From an uncultured Actinomycetota bacterium (lineage in GTDB: Bacteria; Actinomycetota; Actinomycetes; JACCUZ01), in the NCBI GenBank assembly GCA_963728425.1, contig CAVSKC010000012.1:4504-68503 (forward strand): a stretch of 64,000 bases of DNA. The letters are read 5' to 3'. Position numbers and translations under genes: made by a program. Of this stretch, positions 19,548-29,867 are shown in pieces. Position 1 is the first letter of the stretch, and every line of letters begins with the position of its first letter. The notes below the pieces were generated by a model. The model saw only the letters and a program-made list of their open reading frames with translations, ran no database searches and had not been told where the DNA came from.

Positions 19548-20897
19548 ATGGACAAGCAGCAGGAGTTCGTGCTCCGCACCCTCGAGGAGCGCGACATCCG
19601 TTTCGTGCGGCTGTGGTTCACCGACGTGCTGGGCTTTCTCAAGTCGGTGGCCGTGGCCCCGGCCGAGCTCGAAGGCGCCTTCGATGAAGGCATCGGCTTC
19701 GACGGCTCCGCCATCGAGGGCTTCGCCCGGGTCGCCGAGTCGGACATGCTGGCCCGCCCCGACCCGGGGACGTTCCAGATCCTGCCGTGGCGGTCCGAGT
19801 CGCCGGGCACGGCCCGGATGTTCTGCGACATCGTGCTGCCGGACGGCCAGCCGTCCTACGCCGACCCGCGGCAGGTGCTCAAGCGCACCCTGGCCAAGGC
19901 CTCGGACCTCGGCTTCGCGTTCTACACGCACCCGGAGATCGAGTTCTTCCTGTTCCGGGACCAGCCGGGCGCCGCGGACCGACATGGACAGCCCCCGACG
20001 CCGGTGGACCAGGGCGGCTTCTTCGACCACATCGCGCACGGCATCGGCCACGACTTCCGCCGGGACGCGATCACGATGCTCGAGAGCATGGGGATCTCGG
20101 TCGAGTTCAGCCACCACGAGGGGGCGCCGGGGCAGCAGGAGATCGACCTGCGCTACGCCGATGCGCTCTCGACCGCCGACAACATCATGACCTTCCGGCA
20201 CGTGATGAAGCAGGTCGCTCTGAGCCAGGGCGTCTACGCCTCGTTCATGCCCAAGCCGCTCACCGACCACCCCGGCTCCGGGATGCACACCCACCTGTCG
20301 CTGTTCGAGGGCGAGCGCAACGCCTTCTTCGAGGCCGGCTCCCCCTACCAGCTGTCCAAGGTGGCGCGGTCGTTCATCGCCGGGCTGCTGCGGCACGCCG
20401 GCGAGATCACGGCGGTCACCAACCAGTGGGTCAACTCCTACAAGCGGCTCCTCGGCGGCGGCGAGGCGCCGGCGTACGTCTGCTGGGGTCACAACAACCG
20501 GTCCGCCATGGTCCGGGTGCCGATGTACAAGCCGGCCAAGGGCCAGTCGACCCGGGTGGAGCTGCGCACGCCGGACTCGGCGACCAACCCGTACCTGGCC
20601 TTCGCGGTGATGCTGGCTGCGGGGCTCAAGGGGATCGAGCAGGGCTACGAGCTGCCGGAGGCGGCCGAGGACGACGTGTGGGCCCTCACCGACAGGGAGC
20701 GCCAGGCGCTGGGCATCGAGCCGCTGCCGACCAACCTGTCCGAGGCGATCCGCCGGATGGAGGGCAGCGAGCTGGTCGCCGAGACCCTGGGCGAGCACGT
20801 CTTCGACTTCTTCCTGCGCAACAAGCGGGCCGAGTGGCTCGACTACCGCCGCGAGGTCACCCCCTTCGAGCTGGACCGGTACCTGTCCGTGCTGTGA
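19548..20897 (+). CDS. glnA2: Glutamine synthetase family protein (GlnA2-type)
   Basis: MDKQQEFVLRTLEERDIRFVRLWFTD, FDGSAIEGF, HHEGAPGQQEI, FMPKP, GSGMHTH, NSYKRL; located before glnE. Confidence 0.95.
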   Translation: MDKQQEFVLRTLEERDIRFVRLWFTDVLGFLKSVAVAPAELEGAFDEGIGFDGSAIEGFARVAESDMLARPDPGTFQILPWRSESPGTARMFCDIVLPDGQPSYADPRQVLKRTLAKASDLGFAFYTHPEIEFFLFRDQPGAADRHGQPPTPVDQGGFFDHIAHGIGHDFRRDAITMLESMGISVEFSHHEGAPGQQEIDLRYADALSTADNIMTFRHVMKQVALSQGVYASFMPKPLTDHPGSGMHTHLSLFEGERNAFFEAGSPYQLSKVARSFIAGLLRHAGEITAVTNQWVNSYKRLLGGGEAPAYVCWGHNNRSAMVRVPMYKPAKGQSTRVELRTPDSATNPYLAFAVMLAAGLKGIEQGYELPEAAEDDVWALTDRERQALGIEPLPTNLSEAIRRMEGSELVAETLGEHVFDFFLRNKRAEWLDYRREVTPFELDRYLSVL

Positions 20898-20904
20898 TCT
20901 GCCC

Positions 20905-21657
20905 ATGGTGATGACGACGGCGACGGTCCTGGTGGTGCAGCACGAGCCGGACACCGGCGCCGGCTGGTTCGGTGGCTGGCTGACGGGAGCGGGGCTGACC
21001 CTGGAGACGGTCCACCCGTACGCCGGTCAGGAGCTGCCGCCGCTGACCGGCTACGCGGGGCTCCTGGTTCTCGGCGGCGCGATGGCGCCCGCGGACGACG
21101 AGGACTGCCCATGGCTGCCCGCGACCCGCACGCTGATGGCCGAGGCCGTCCGGCAGGAGGTGCCGACGTTCGGCATCTGCCTGGGCGCCGAGCTGCTCGC
21201 GCTCGGCCTCGGCGGCGCGGTGCGCCGGGGCGCCGCCGGCCCCGAGCTGGGCGTGCTGCCCGTGGACCTCGGTGCGGAGGCGGCCGACGACCCCGTCTTC
21301 GGCGCACTGCCTGCCGCACCGCGGGTCGTGCAGTGGCACTGGGAGGAGATCGCCGAGCTGCCGGCCGGGGCGGTGCTGCTGGCCTCGTCCCCGGCGTACC
21401 GGCACCAGGCCTTCCGGGTGGGGCCGGCCGCGTGGGGCGTTCAGGGCCACCCGGAGGTCACCGGCGACATCGCGGCAGCCTGGGCCCACGAGGACAGCCC
21501 GCTGCTGGCCGCCGAGGGCCGCGACCCCGCGGACCTGGTCACGGAGGTTCGCGATGCAGAGGCCGAGCTCGCCGGGACCTGGCGGCCGCTGGCCGAGTCG
21601 TTCGCCACGGTGGTGCGGCAGTTCCACGACGAGGGACGCACTGCCGCCGCTCGGTAG
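20905..21657 (+). CDS. Type 1 glutamine amidotransferase
   Basis: LVLGG, FGICLGAELL nucleophile elbow, QWH, GVQGHPE. Confidence 0.9.
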   Translation: MVMTTATVLVVQHEPDTGAGWFGGWLTGAGLTLETVHPYAGQELPPLTGYAGLLVLGGAMAPADDEDCPWLPATRTLMAEAVRQEVPTFGICLGAELLALGLGGAVRRGAAGPELGVLPVDLGAEAADDPVFGALPAAPRVVQWHWEEIAELPAGAVLLASSPAYRHQAFRVGPAAWGVQGHPEVTGDIAAAWAHEDSPLLAAEGRDPADLVTEVRDAEAELAGTWRPLAESFATVVRQFHDEGRTAAAR

Positions 21658-21666
21658 CGTGACCTC

Positions 21667-24628
21667 GTGACACTGGGCCGCGGCAGCAGTGCCAGCGGGC
21701 AGCTGGCGCGGCTGGGCTTCACCGAGCCGGCCCTGGCCGCGGCCGCGCTGGAGTCGGGAGCGCTCGGCCCGCTGCTCGACCACGAGCAGGTGCTGCTCGA
21801 CCTGGCGGCCACGGCTGACCCCGACGCCGCCCTGCACGCCCTGGCGACGCTGCTGACCGCCGCCGACGACCCGGCGCTGGTCACGGCGCTGCACGAGGAC
21901 GCGCGGCTGCGCGCCGGCCTGCTCGACGTCCTCGGTGCCAGCCCCGCCCTGGCCGCGCACCTGGTGCGCCACCCCGACCACTGGCACGAGCTCGAGGGCG
22001 AGGCCCTGGTGCGGCCCACGGCGGCCGGCCTGCGGGCCAGGCTGCTCGCAGCCGTCGACGGCCGCACCGGGCTGCCGGCGCTGGACGCGATGCGGGTCTC
22101 CTACCGGGGCGCCCTGCTCGGCCTGGCGGCCCGCGACCTGCGCGGCGACGTCGACGTGGCCGACGTCGCGGCCGAGCTGGCCGACCTCGCCGCGGCGACC
22201 CTCGAGAGCGCGCTGGCCGTGGCCTCGGCCGAGCTCGGGCCGGCCGCGCAGACCTGCCGGCTCGCCGTCGTCGCGATGGGCAAGTGCGGTGGCCGCGAGC
22301 TCAACTACGTCAGTGACGTCGACGTCGTGTTCGTGGCGGAGGCCGTCGAGGGCGGCGGCCGAGGAGCCGGCGCTGAAGGCGGCGACCGACGCTCGCCTCC
22401 ACGATGATGCGGGCCTGCTCCATCACCTCGCCGGAAGGCACGATCTGGCCGGTGGACGCGGCGCTGCGCCCCGAGGGCAAGGCCGGGCCGCTGGTGCGGA
22501 CGCTGGCCAGCCACGTCGCGTACTACCAGCGGTGGGCCAAGACCTGGGAGTTCCAGGCGCTGCTCAAGGCCCGCCCGGTCGCGGGTGACCTGGCACTCGG
22601 CCAGGCCTACGTCGACGCGGTGGCGCCGATGGTGTGGGCGGCGGCGGAGCGGGACGACTTCGTGGTCGACGTGCAGCAGATGCGCCGCCGGGTCGAGCAG
22701 ACGCTGCCGGCCGCGGACAGCCACCGCGAGCTCAAGCTCGGGCCCGGCGGCCTGCGGGACGTGGAGTTCGCCGTCCAGCTGCTGCAGCTGGTGCACGGCC
22801 GCACCGACGAGGCGCTGCGCAGTCCCAACACCCTCGAGGCGCTCGAGTCGCTGTCGACCTTCGGCTACGTCGGGCGCGACGACGCCGCCGAGCTGGACCG
22901 GGCCTACCGGTTCCTGCGCACCGTCGAGCACCGGCTGCAGCTGCACCGGCTCCGGCGCACCCACGTGATGCCCGAGGACCCCGACGAGCTGCGCCGGCTG
23001 GCCCGCTCGGTCGGCTTGCGCACCGACCCGGTCGCGGCGCTGGACCGCGAGTGGCGTCAGCACGCCCGCGAGGTGCGCCGGCTGCACGAGAAGCTCTTCT
23101 ACCGGCCACTGCTGTCGTCGGTGGCGCGGCTGGCGTCGGACGAGGCCCGGCTCACGCCGGAGGCCGCCCGGTCGCGGCTGGAGGCACTGGGCTACGAGGA
23201 CCCGGCCGGTGCGCTGCGGCACCTGGAGGCCCTGACCGCGGGGGTCAGCCGCCGCGCGGCGATCCAGCGCACCCTGCTGCCGGTGCTGCTCGGCTGGTTC
23301 GCCGACGCGCCCGACCCCGACGGCGGGACTGCTGGCGTTCCGCCGGATCAGCGACGCGCTGGGTACGACCCACTGGTACCTGCGGCTGCTCCGTGACGAG
23401 GGCGCCGTCGCGCACCGCCTGGCCCTGCTGCTGGCGAGCAGCCGCTACGCCGTCGACCTGCTCGGCCGGGCGCCGGAAGCGGTGCGGCTGCTCGCCGACG
23501 ACGCCGAGCTGGTGCCGCGCGGGCGCCCGGAGCTGGCCACCGAGGTCGCTGCCGCCGTCGGCCGGCACGACGGACCCGGCCAGCGCCGTCGCCGTCGCTC
23601 GGGGCGTACGCCGGCGCGAGCTGTTCCGGGTCGCGGCGGCCGACCTGCTCGGTCAGGCCACCGTCGAGCAGGTGGAGGCCGCCCTGACCGACGTGGCGGC
23701 CGTCACCGTGCAGGCCGCGCTGGACGTCGCGCTCCGCTCGGTCGAGCAGGCCCGCGGGGGACCGGTCCCGACCCGGATCGCGGTGGTGGCGATGGGCCGG
23801 TTCGGCGGCCGCGAGCTGGGCTACGCCAGCGACGCCGACGTGCTGTTCGTGCACGACCCGCACGAGGGAGCCGACGAGCGCGACGCCACCGAGGCCGCGC
23901 ACGCGGTCGTGGGAGAGCTGCGCCGGCTGCTCGCCGTACCGTCCCCGGACCCGCCGCTGGTCGTCGATGCGGACCTGCGGCCCGAGGGCAGGCAGGGCCC
24001 GCTGGTGCGCAGCCTGGCCTCCTACGGCGCCTACTACGCGCGGTGGTCGCTGGTCTGGGAGAGCCAGGCGCTGCTGCGGGCCCAGCCGGTGGCCGGGGAC
24101 GCGGACCTCGGTCGCGAGCTGATGGCGCTGGTCGACCCGGTGCGCTACCGCGACGGCGGCATCGGGGAGGCCGACGTGCGCGAGATCCGGCGGATCAAGT
24201 CGCGGGTCGAGGCCGAGCGGCTGCCCCGCGGCACCGACCCCCGCCGACACACCAAGCTCGGCCCGGGCGGGCTCGCCGACGTGGAGTGGACCGTGCAGCT
24301 GCTCCAGCTGCGGCACGCCTGGCAGGTGCCGGGGCTGCGGACGACCCGGACCCTGGAGGCGATCGAGGCGGCCTCGGCCGCCGGGCTGCTCAGCCCGGAG
24401 CAGGCCCGGGTGCTGGGGCACGCCTGGCGGACCGCGAGCCGGGTGCGCAACGCCACCCTGCTGGTGCGCGGGCGCCCCGGTGACACGCTGCCCACCGATC
24501 TGCGCGAGCTGACCGGTGTGGCACGGGTGCTCGGCTACCCTCCGGGCGCGGGTGGGGTGCTGGTCGACGACTTCCGGCGCGCGAGCAGGCGGGCCAGGAC
24601 GGTGGTGGAGCAGGTGTTCTACCGGTGA
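21667..24628 (+). CDS. glnE: Glutamine synthetase adenylyltransferase, split by several frameshifts (probably sequencing errors)
   Basis: AMGKCGGRELNYVSDVD, VDAALRPEGKAG, KLGPGGLRDVEF, second AMGRFGGRELGYASDAD, DADLRPEGRQG; frame changes near 22360-22400, 23320 and 23570. Confidence 0.92.
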
Positions 24629-25860
24629 CGACCTACCGCGACGTCCTCCGCCACCCGGAGTTCCGGGGCCTGGTCGTCGCGCAGGTCACCAGCGAGTGGG
24701 GCGACAACATCGCCCGGGTGGCGCTTGCGTCGCTGGTGCTCGCGCGCACCGACAGCGCCTTCCTCGCCGTGCTGGCGTTCGTCGTGAGCTTCATCCCCGC
24801 GGTGTTCGGGTCGGCGCTGCTGGGCGGGCTGGCCGACCGGCTGCCGCGCAAGGTGGTGCTGATCGGCTGCGACCTGGCCCGCGCCGTCGTGGTCGGCCTG
24901 CTCGCGCTGATGGCCGTGGACGGCACACCGGTCTGGGTGCTGCTCGGGCTGCTGCTGGTGGCCGAGACCTTCACGGCACCGTTCGAGGCTGCGCACCGGG
25001 CCGTGGTGCCCGACGTGCTGCCCGACCCGCGCGAGTGCCTGACGGGCACCGGCCTGATGCGGATCCTCTACCAGGTCGACCAGGTGCTCGGGATCGTCGC
25101 CGCGGGTGTGGTCATCGTGCTGGTCGGCGAGCGGGCCGGCCTGCTGCTCGACGTGGCCACCTTCCTCGTGTCGGCCACCGTGCTGGCGCTGACCCTGCGG
25201 TGGCGGCCGGCGAGCCGGGACAAGTCGGCGCGCACCACCCTGGTGGGGGAGTTCCGGGCCGGCTGGCGGCTGGTGTTCGACAACCCGTCGCTGCGGGCAC
25301 TCGTGCTGCTCGCGTGGAGCGCCGCGGTGTTCCTGGTCGCGCCCGAGGCGGTCGCGCTGGCCTACGCGCGCGACGACGGCGCCGGGCCGGCGGTGGGCGC
25401 CGCGCTGATGGCCACCCTGCCGGCCGGGGCGGCGCTCGGGGCCTGGCTGGTCGGCCGGCTGGACCCGCTGCGGCAGGTGCGCTCGATCATCGTGCTGGCC
25501 GTGGCCGCCTGCCTGCCGCTGCTGCCGACCAGCCTGGCGCCGCCATGGCAGGTCGTGATGCCGCTGTGGTTCCTCTCCGGTGCAGCGCAGGGCTTCATGG
25601 TGCCGCTGATGACGACGGTCAACCTGGTCACGCCGCCGGCGATGCGCGGCCGGGTCAACGGGCTGGCCGGAGCCGGCTTCTCGACCGTGACGGCTGCGAC
25701 GTTCCTGCTGTCCGGCGCGGTGGCCGACCTGGCCACCCCGGCCGTCGCCGTGACCGTGGCCGCGGTGTTCGCGCTGGCCCTGGTCGGGGTGGCGCACCGG
25801 GGCTGGCCGCACGCCGAGCTGCGGCGCACGGCGGAGCGGGTGTACCGGGTCGACGCCTGA
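24625..25860 (+). CDS. MFS transporter
   Basis: About 12 TM segments, GGLADRLPRK motif A, overlaps the glnE stop. Confidence 0.9.
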   Translation: MTTYRDVLRHPEFRGLVVAQVTSEWGDNIARVALASLVLARTDSAFLAVLAFVVSFIPAVFGSALLGGLADRLPRKVVLIGCDLARAVVVGLLALMAVDGTPVWVLLGLLLVAETFTAPFEAAHRAVVPDVLPDPRECLTGTGLMRILYQVDQVLGIVAAGVVIVLVGERAGLLLDVATFLVSATVLALTLRWRPASRDKSARTTLVGEFRAGWRLVFDNPSLRALVLLAWSAAVFLVAPEAVALAYARDDGAGPAVGAALMATLPAGAALGAWLVGRLDPLRQVRSIIVLAVAACLPLLPTSLAPPWQVVMPLWFLSGAAQGFMVPLMTTVNLVTPPAMRGRVNGLAGAGFSTVTAATFLLSGAVADLATPAVAVTVAAVFALALVGVAHRGWPHAELRRTAERVYRVDA

Positions 25861-25935
25861 TCCGACACGCGCAACCTAGGACATATCTGGCCATTGCGCT
25901 GCGCCACTCCCCGGCGTACGTCAGACTCGACTCCC

Positions 25936-27249
25936 ATGCGCCACCCCCGTCGAACCCTTCACTCGCTCCTCGCTGCCGTCGTGGCCGGGGCGATGCTCGT
26001 CACGCTGGGGCCGGCCGCGCCCGCCGGCGCGAAGTCGTACACCGTGGACAAGCGGTTCTTCGGCCTGCACGACCTCAACCTGACGAGCTGGCCCGCGGTG
26101 TCGCCGGGCTCGGTCCGGCTCTGGGACGCCGGTGTGACCTGGCGGGACATCGAGACCAGCCCCGGCGTCTACGACTTCACCCGGCTGGACGCGCTGGTGC
26201 GCGCGGCGAACGCGCACGGCGCCGAGGTCACCCTGGTGCTGGGCCTGACGCCGGACTTCTACGCACCGCCGGGGGGCGACCGTACGTCGATGCCGGTCGA
26301 CATCGGGTACTGGATCAACTACGTCCGCGCGGTGGTGACGCACTACAGCCCGGCCAACTGGGGTGGCATCCGCGGCATCGCGGCCTACCAGGTCTGGAAC
26401 GAGGCGAACGTCGTCAACTTCTGGACCGGCACGCCGCTGCAGATGGCGCAGCTGACGAAGGCAGCGTGGAACACGGTGAAGGGCGTCGACAGGGGGGCGC
26501 TGGTCCTCAGCCCGGCCTACGCGTCGCGGATCGCCGAGCAGATCAAGGGCATCAAGCGGTTCGCGTTCGCCTGGGTCAACGGTGTCCCGGCCTGGCGGTA
26601 CACCGACGCCATCTCGCTGAACCTCTACCCCTTGGACAAGTACGGCACGACGCTCGGGACTCCGGAGAAGTCGATGGCCCTGCTTGCGCAGGCGCGCAAG
26701 CTGCTCGGGTACGGCGGCGTGCCGGCCAGCAAGCCGATCTGGAACACCGAGATCAACTACGGGATGCGCAGCGTGGGCGCCGCCCCCATCTCGGCCGAGG
26801 CGCAGGCGGCCTACGTGCTGCGCACCTACCTGCTCAACGCGGCCAACGGCGTGCAGCGGGTGGACTGGTACGCCTGGGACATGGGCTACCTGCCGAACGG
26901 CACCACGCTGGGCAACACCCGGCTCACCGACCCGGGGACCGGGGCGGTCCCGACGCTGGCCGGACGTGCCTTCGGACTGGCCCAGAACTGGCTGCTCAAG
27001 GGGACGCTGGTGGGCGCCAGCACGGCCGCCAAGCCGTGCGCCAAGAACAGCGCGGGCACCTACACCTGCGTCATCAAGTACTCCGGCGGCTTCAAGCGGG
27101 TGTACTGGAACCCGACCAAGAAGGTGACCGTCATCGCGGCCAGGCGAGCCACCTACAAGGTCGGCATCTACGGCGTGCGCAAGGCGGTGAAGTCGCGAGC
27201 CAAGGTGACCGTCGACTATCGTCCAGTGCTGGTGCGCTCGAAGTTCTGA
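25936..27249 (+). CDS. Secreted clan GH-A glycoside hydrolase (GH39/GH5-like)
   Basis: Signal peptide; VRLWD..W..IE, QVWNEAN (acid/base), IWNTEINYG (nucleophile), WYAWD; Lys-rich C-terminal beta domain. Confidence 0.8.
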   Translation: MRHPRRTLHSLLAAVVAGAMLVTLGPAAPAGAKSYTVDKRFFGLHDLNLTSWPAVSPGSVRLWDAGVTWRDIETSPGVYDFTRLDALVRAANAHGAEVTLVLGLTPDFYAPPGGDRTSMPVDIGYWINYVRAVVTHYSPANWGGIRGIAAYQVWNEANVVNFWTGTPLQMAQLTKAAWNTVKGVDRGALVLSPAYASRIAEQIKGIKRFAFAWVNGVPAWRYTDAISLNLYPLDKYGTTLGTPEKSMALLAQARKLLGYGGVPASKPIWNTEINYGMRSVGAAPISAEAQAAYVLRTYLLNAANGVQRVDWYAWDMGYLPNGTTLGNTRLTDPGTGAVPTLAGRAFGLAQNWLLKGTLVGASTAAKPCAKNSAGTYTCVIKYSGGFKRVYWNPTKKVTVIAARRATYKVGIYGVRKAVKSRAKVTVDYRPVLVRSKF

Positions 27250-27391
27250 CGGGTCCGCACCAGGGTCAGCGCCTGATCCAGGCATGATCTAATCGGGATG
27301 AACCGGGAGACATCTCCCTGCGTCCTCGCTTCATGAAAGGGCGCGCGGCCACGGCCCCGCCACCCCCACCAGACACGAGGTTCCTCACTTC

Positions 27392-28651
27392 ATGACACGT
27401 TCTCGTTCCACCGTGCTCGCGCGCCTGGCCGTCATGGTCGTCGCGATCGGGCTGGCCACGAGCGTCCTTCCCGCGACACCTGCGTCGGCTGCGACCACGC
27501 GGATCAAGCCGGGCTACTTCGGCATGACCGACAACGACCCGACGACCTGGCCGACGCGCCGGTCGGCGCGGTGCGGCTGTGGGACACCGGCGTGACCTGG
27601 CGTGACATCGAGACGTCCAACGGGGTCTTCGACTTCTCCCGGCTGGACGCCCAGGTCGCCGCCGCGCGCAGCCACAACGCCCGGGTGCTCATCGTGCTCG
27701 GCCAGACGCCGCGGTTCCACACGAGCCGGCCGAACGCCGCGTCCTACATCGCTCCCGGCGCGTCGGCGGCGCCCTCGCTGACGGCCTGGAAGTCCTATGT
27801 CGCGAAGGTGGTCCGTCGCTACAAGGGCCGCGGGGTGGACTACCAGATCTGGAACGAGGCAAACGTCAAGGGCTTCTGGAGCGGCTCGACCGCGCAGATG
27901 ACCGAGCTGACCAAGACGGCCGCCAAGATCATTCGGAGCAACGACTCGGCGGCGGCGGTCGTGGCCCCGGCCATGGCCACCCGGCTGATCGGCCAGCGCA
28001 TGTGGCATCCGTGACTTCTACAAGCGGCGGACCGGCGGCTTCCCGGTCGGCGCACTGGGTCGACGTCGTGTCGCTGCAGCTGTACCCGGGCCCGAAGGAG
28101 CGGCCGGAGCACTCGATGGCCCTGCTCGCGGCTGCCCGCTCGGTGCTGACCTCCGAGGGCGTCCACAAGCCGATCTGGAACACCGAGATCAACTACGGGC
28201 TGCAGATCGGCGGCGGCGGCACGGCGTCGAAGATCTCCACCCGTCGGCAGGCCGCTTACGTGGCCCGGACCTACGTGCTCAACGCGGCGAACGGCGTCAA
28301 GAAGGTGTTCTGGTACTCCTGGGACCTCCAGTCGCTCGCGAACACCAAGCTCACCTACTCAAGAGCGGGTCGCTGACGCCGGCCGGCACGACGTTCGGCG
28401 TGGTGCGCAGCTGGCTGCTGGGCTCGAGGATCTCGTCCTGCTCGAAGGACCGTCGCGGCACGTACCACTGCGTCGCGAAGTACTCGGACGGGGTCCGGCA
28501 CATCTACTGGAACCCGACCAAGAGCGTGTCGATCCGGACGCCTGCGACGACCACCAACTGGGTCAGCCAGAGCGGGGTGTCGACGAAGATCGGCTCCAAC
28601 AAGTCGCTCTCGGTCGACTACGCACCGAAGATGGTGCGCTCGCGCAGGTAA
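27392..28651 (+). CDS. Second secreted GH-A paralog, frameshifted
   Basis: Signal peptide; RLWDTGVTWRDIETS, QIWNEAN, IWNTEINYG, YWNPTK spread over ORFs 27392, 27571, 28002 and 28400. Confidence 0.8.
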
Positions 28652-28678
28652 GCAGGTAGCACGACGGGTCGGCCGGGG

Positions 28679-29047
28679 TCAGAGCCACTCGGCGTCGTGG
28701 GCGAGCTCGCTGTCCACGTCGCCGGTGTTCGGCACCCCGGCCGGCTCGAGCAACAACAGTTCGCAGCCGGTCGCCACCGGCTGGTGCCGCAGGCCGCGCG
28801 GCACGACGTACACGTCGCCGGGCCCGAGCTCGACATCCGGCCGACCGTCCAGCCGGATGAGCAGGCGGCCGGCGAGCACCTGGAACAGCTCGTCGGTGTC
28901 CGGGTGGTCGTGCCACACGAACTCGCCGTCCGCCTTCACCACCTTGACCTGCCAGCCGTTCGCCTCGGCCACGATCTTCGGCGACCACGTCTCGTCGAAG
29001 CGGGACAGGGCGTCGGTCAGGTTGACGGGGTGGTCGGGGGCTGCCAT
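28679..29047 (-). CDS. Cupin-domain protein
   Basis: WSPKIVA, GEFVWHDH..TDELF, VVPRGLRHQP, EPAG..NTG. Confidence 0.9.
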   Translation of the reverse strand: MAAPDHPVNLTDALSRFDETWSPKIVAEANGWQVKVVKADGEFVWHDHPDTDELFQVLAGRLLIRLDGRPDVELGPGDVYVVPRGLRHQPVATGCELLLLEPAGVPNTGDVDSELAHDAEWL

Positions 29048-29076
29048 GACGGCACCCTAGGCGGGATGCTGCTCTG

Positions 29077-29731
29077 ATGGCCGACGACGTCGACGCGCTC
29101 CTCGCCGAGCAGGCGGACTACTACCAGGCCCGGGCGGGGGAGTACGACGAGGCGTACGCCGGTGCAGGCAGCCCGTTGCGGCACCTGGACTCCGTGCTGG
29201 CCCTGCTGCCGGTGGGCGGGCGGGTGCTCGAGGTCGCCTGCGGGACCGGCCAGTGGACCCAGCACCTGGCCCGGCGGTTCGCCGACGTCACGGCGCTGGA
29301 CACCTCCGCCGACGCGCTCGCGATCGCCAATCAGCGGGCGCCGGCGGGAGTCCGGTGGGTCCAGGAGGATGTGTTCCGCTTTCGCTCCGAGGCGCCGTTC
29401 GACCTGGTCTTCGCCGGCTTCTGGCTGTCGCACGTGCCGTGGACCGAGTGGCCGCGGTTCTGGTCCCGGCTGGCTGCCCTGCTCGCGCCCGGCGGAGCCG
29501 TCGTGTGCGTGGACGAGACCGCCGACGGGCTGGCGGGCAAGGAGGTCTGGTCGGCGGCAGTCGAGGACGTGGTCACTCGCTCGGTCGCCGACGGGCGGAC
29601 GTTCCAGGTCGCGAAGCTGCGTCTCGACCCGGTGGCGGTCGCGGAACGGCTTGCGGACCTCGGCTGGGCGGTCGAGCTGGCTGACGTTGTCGCCGGACCT
29701 GTTCGCGCTGCGCGCTCAGTCGGAGAACTGA
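29077..29731 (+). CDS. Class I SAM-dependent methyltransferase (probable frameshift near 3' end)
   Basis: YYQARAGEYD, VLEVACGTG, FDLVFAGFWLSHVP, LAPGG; likely ends in the alternative frame at 29731. Confidence 0.85.
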
Positions 29732-29867
29732 CGCGACTCGGAGGCCGGGCTAGTCAGTTCGGGGGGTTGATGACCGCTGACACCCGGCGCATGCTCCCTT
29801 TCAGTGGCGGTGCGCTCGGCCTCTGGGGGGCTCTTGGAGGCGTGGGGGGCGTGCCGCCACTGTCTGC

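Noticed and set aside
21667-24628. glnE pseudogene or programmed frameshifting
   Set aside because: Motifs are intact and similar indels occur throughout the window; sequencing error is more parsimonious.
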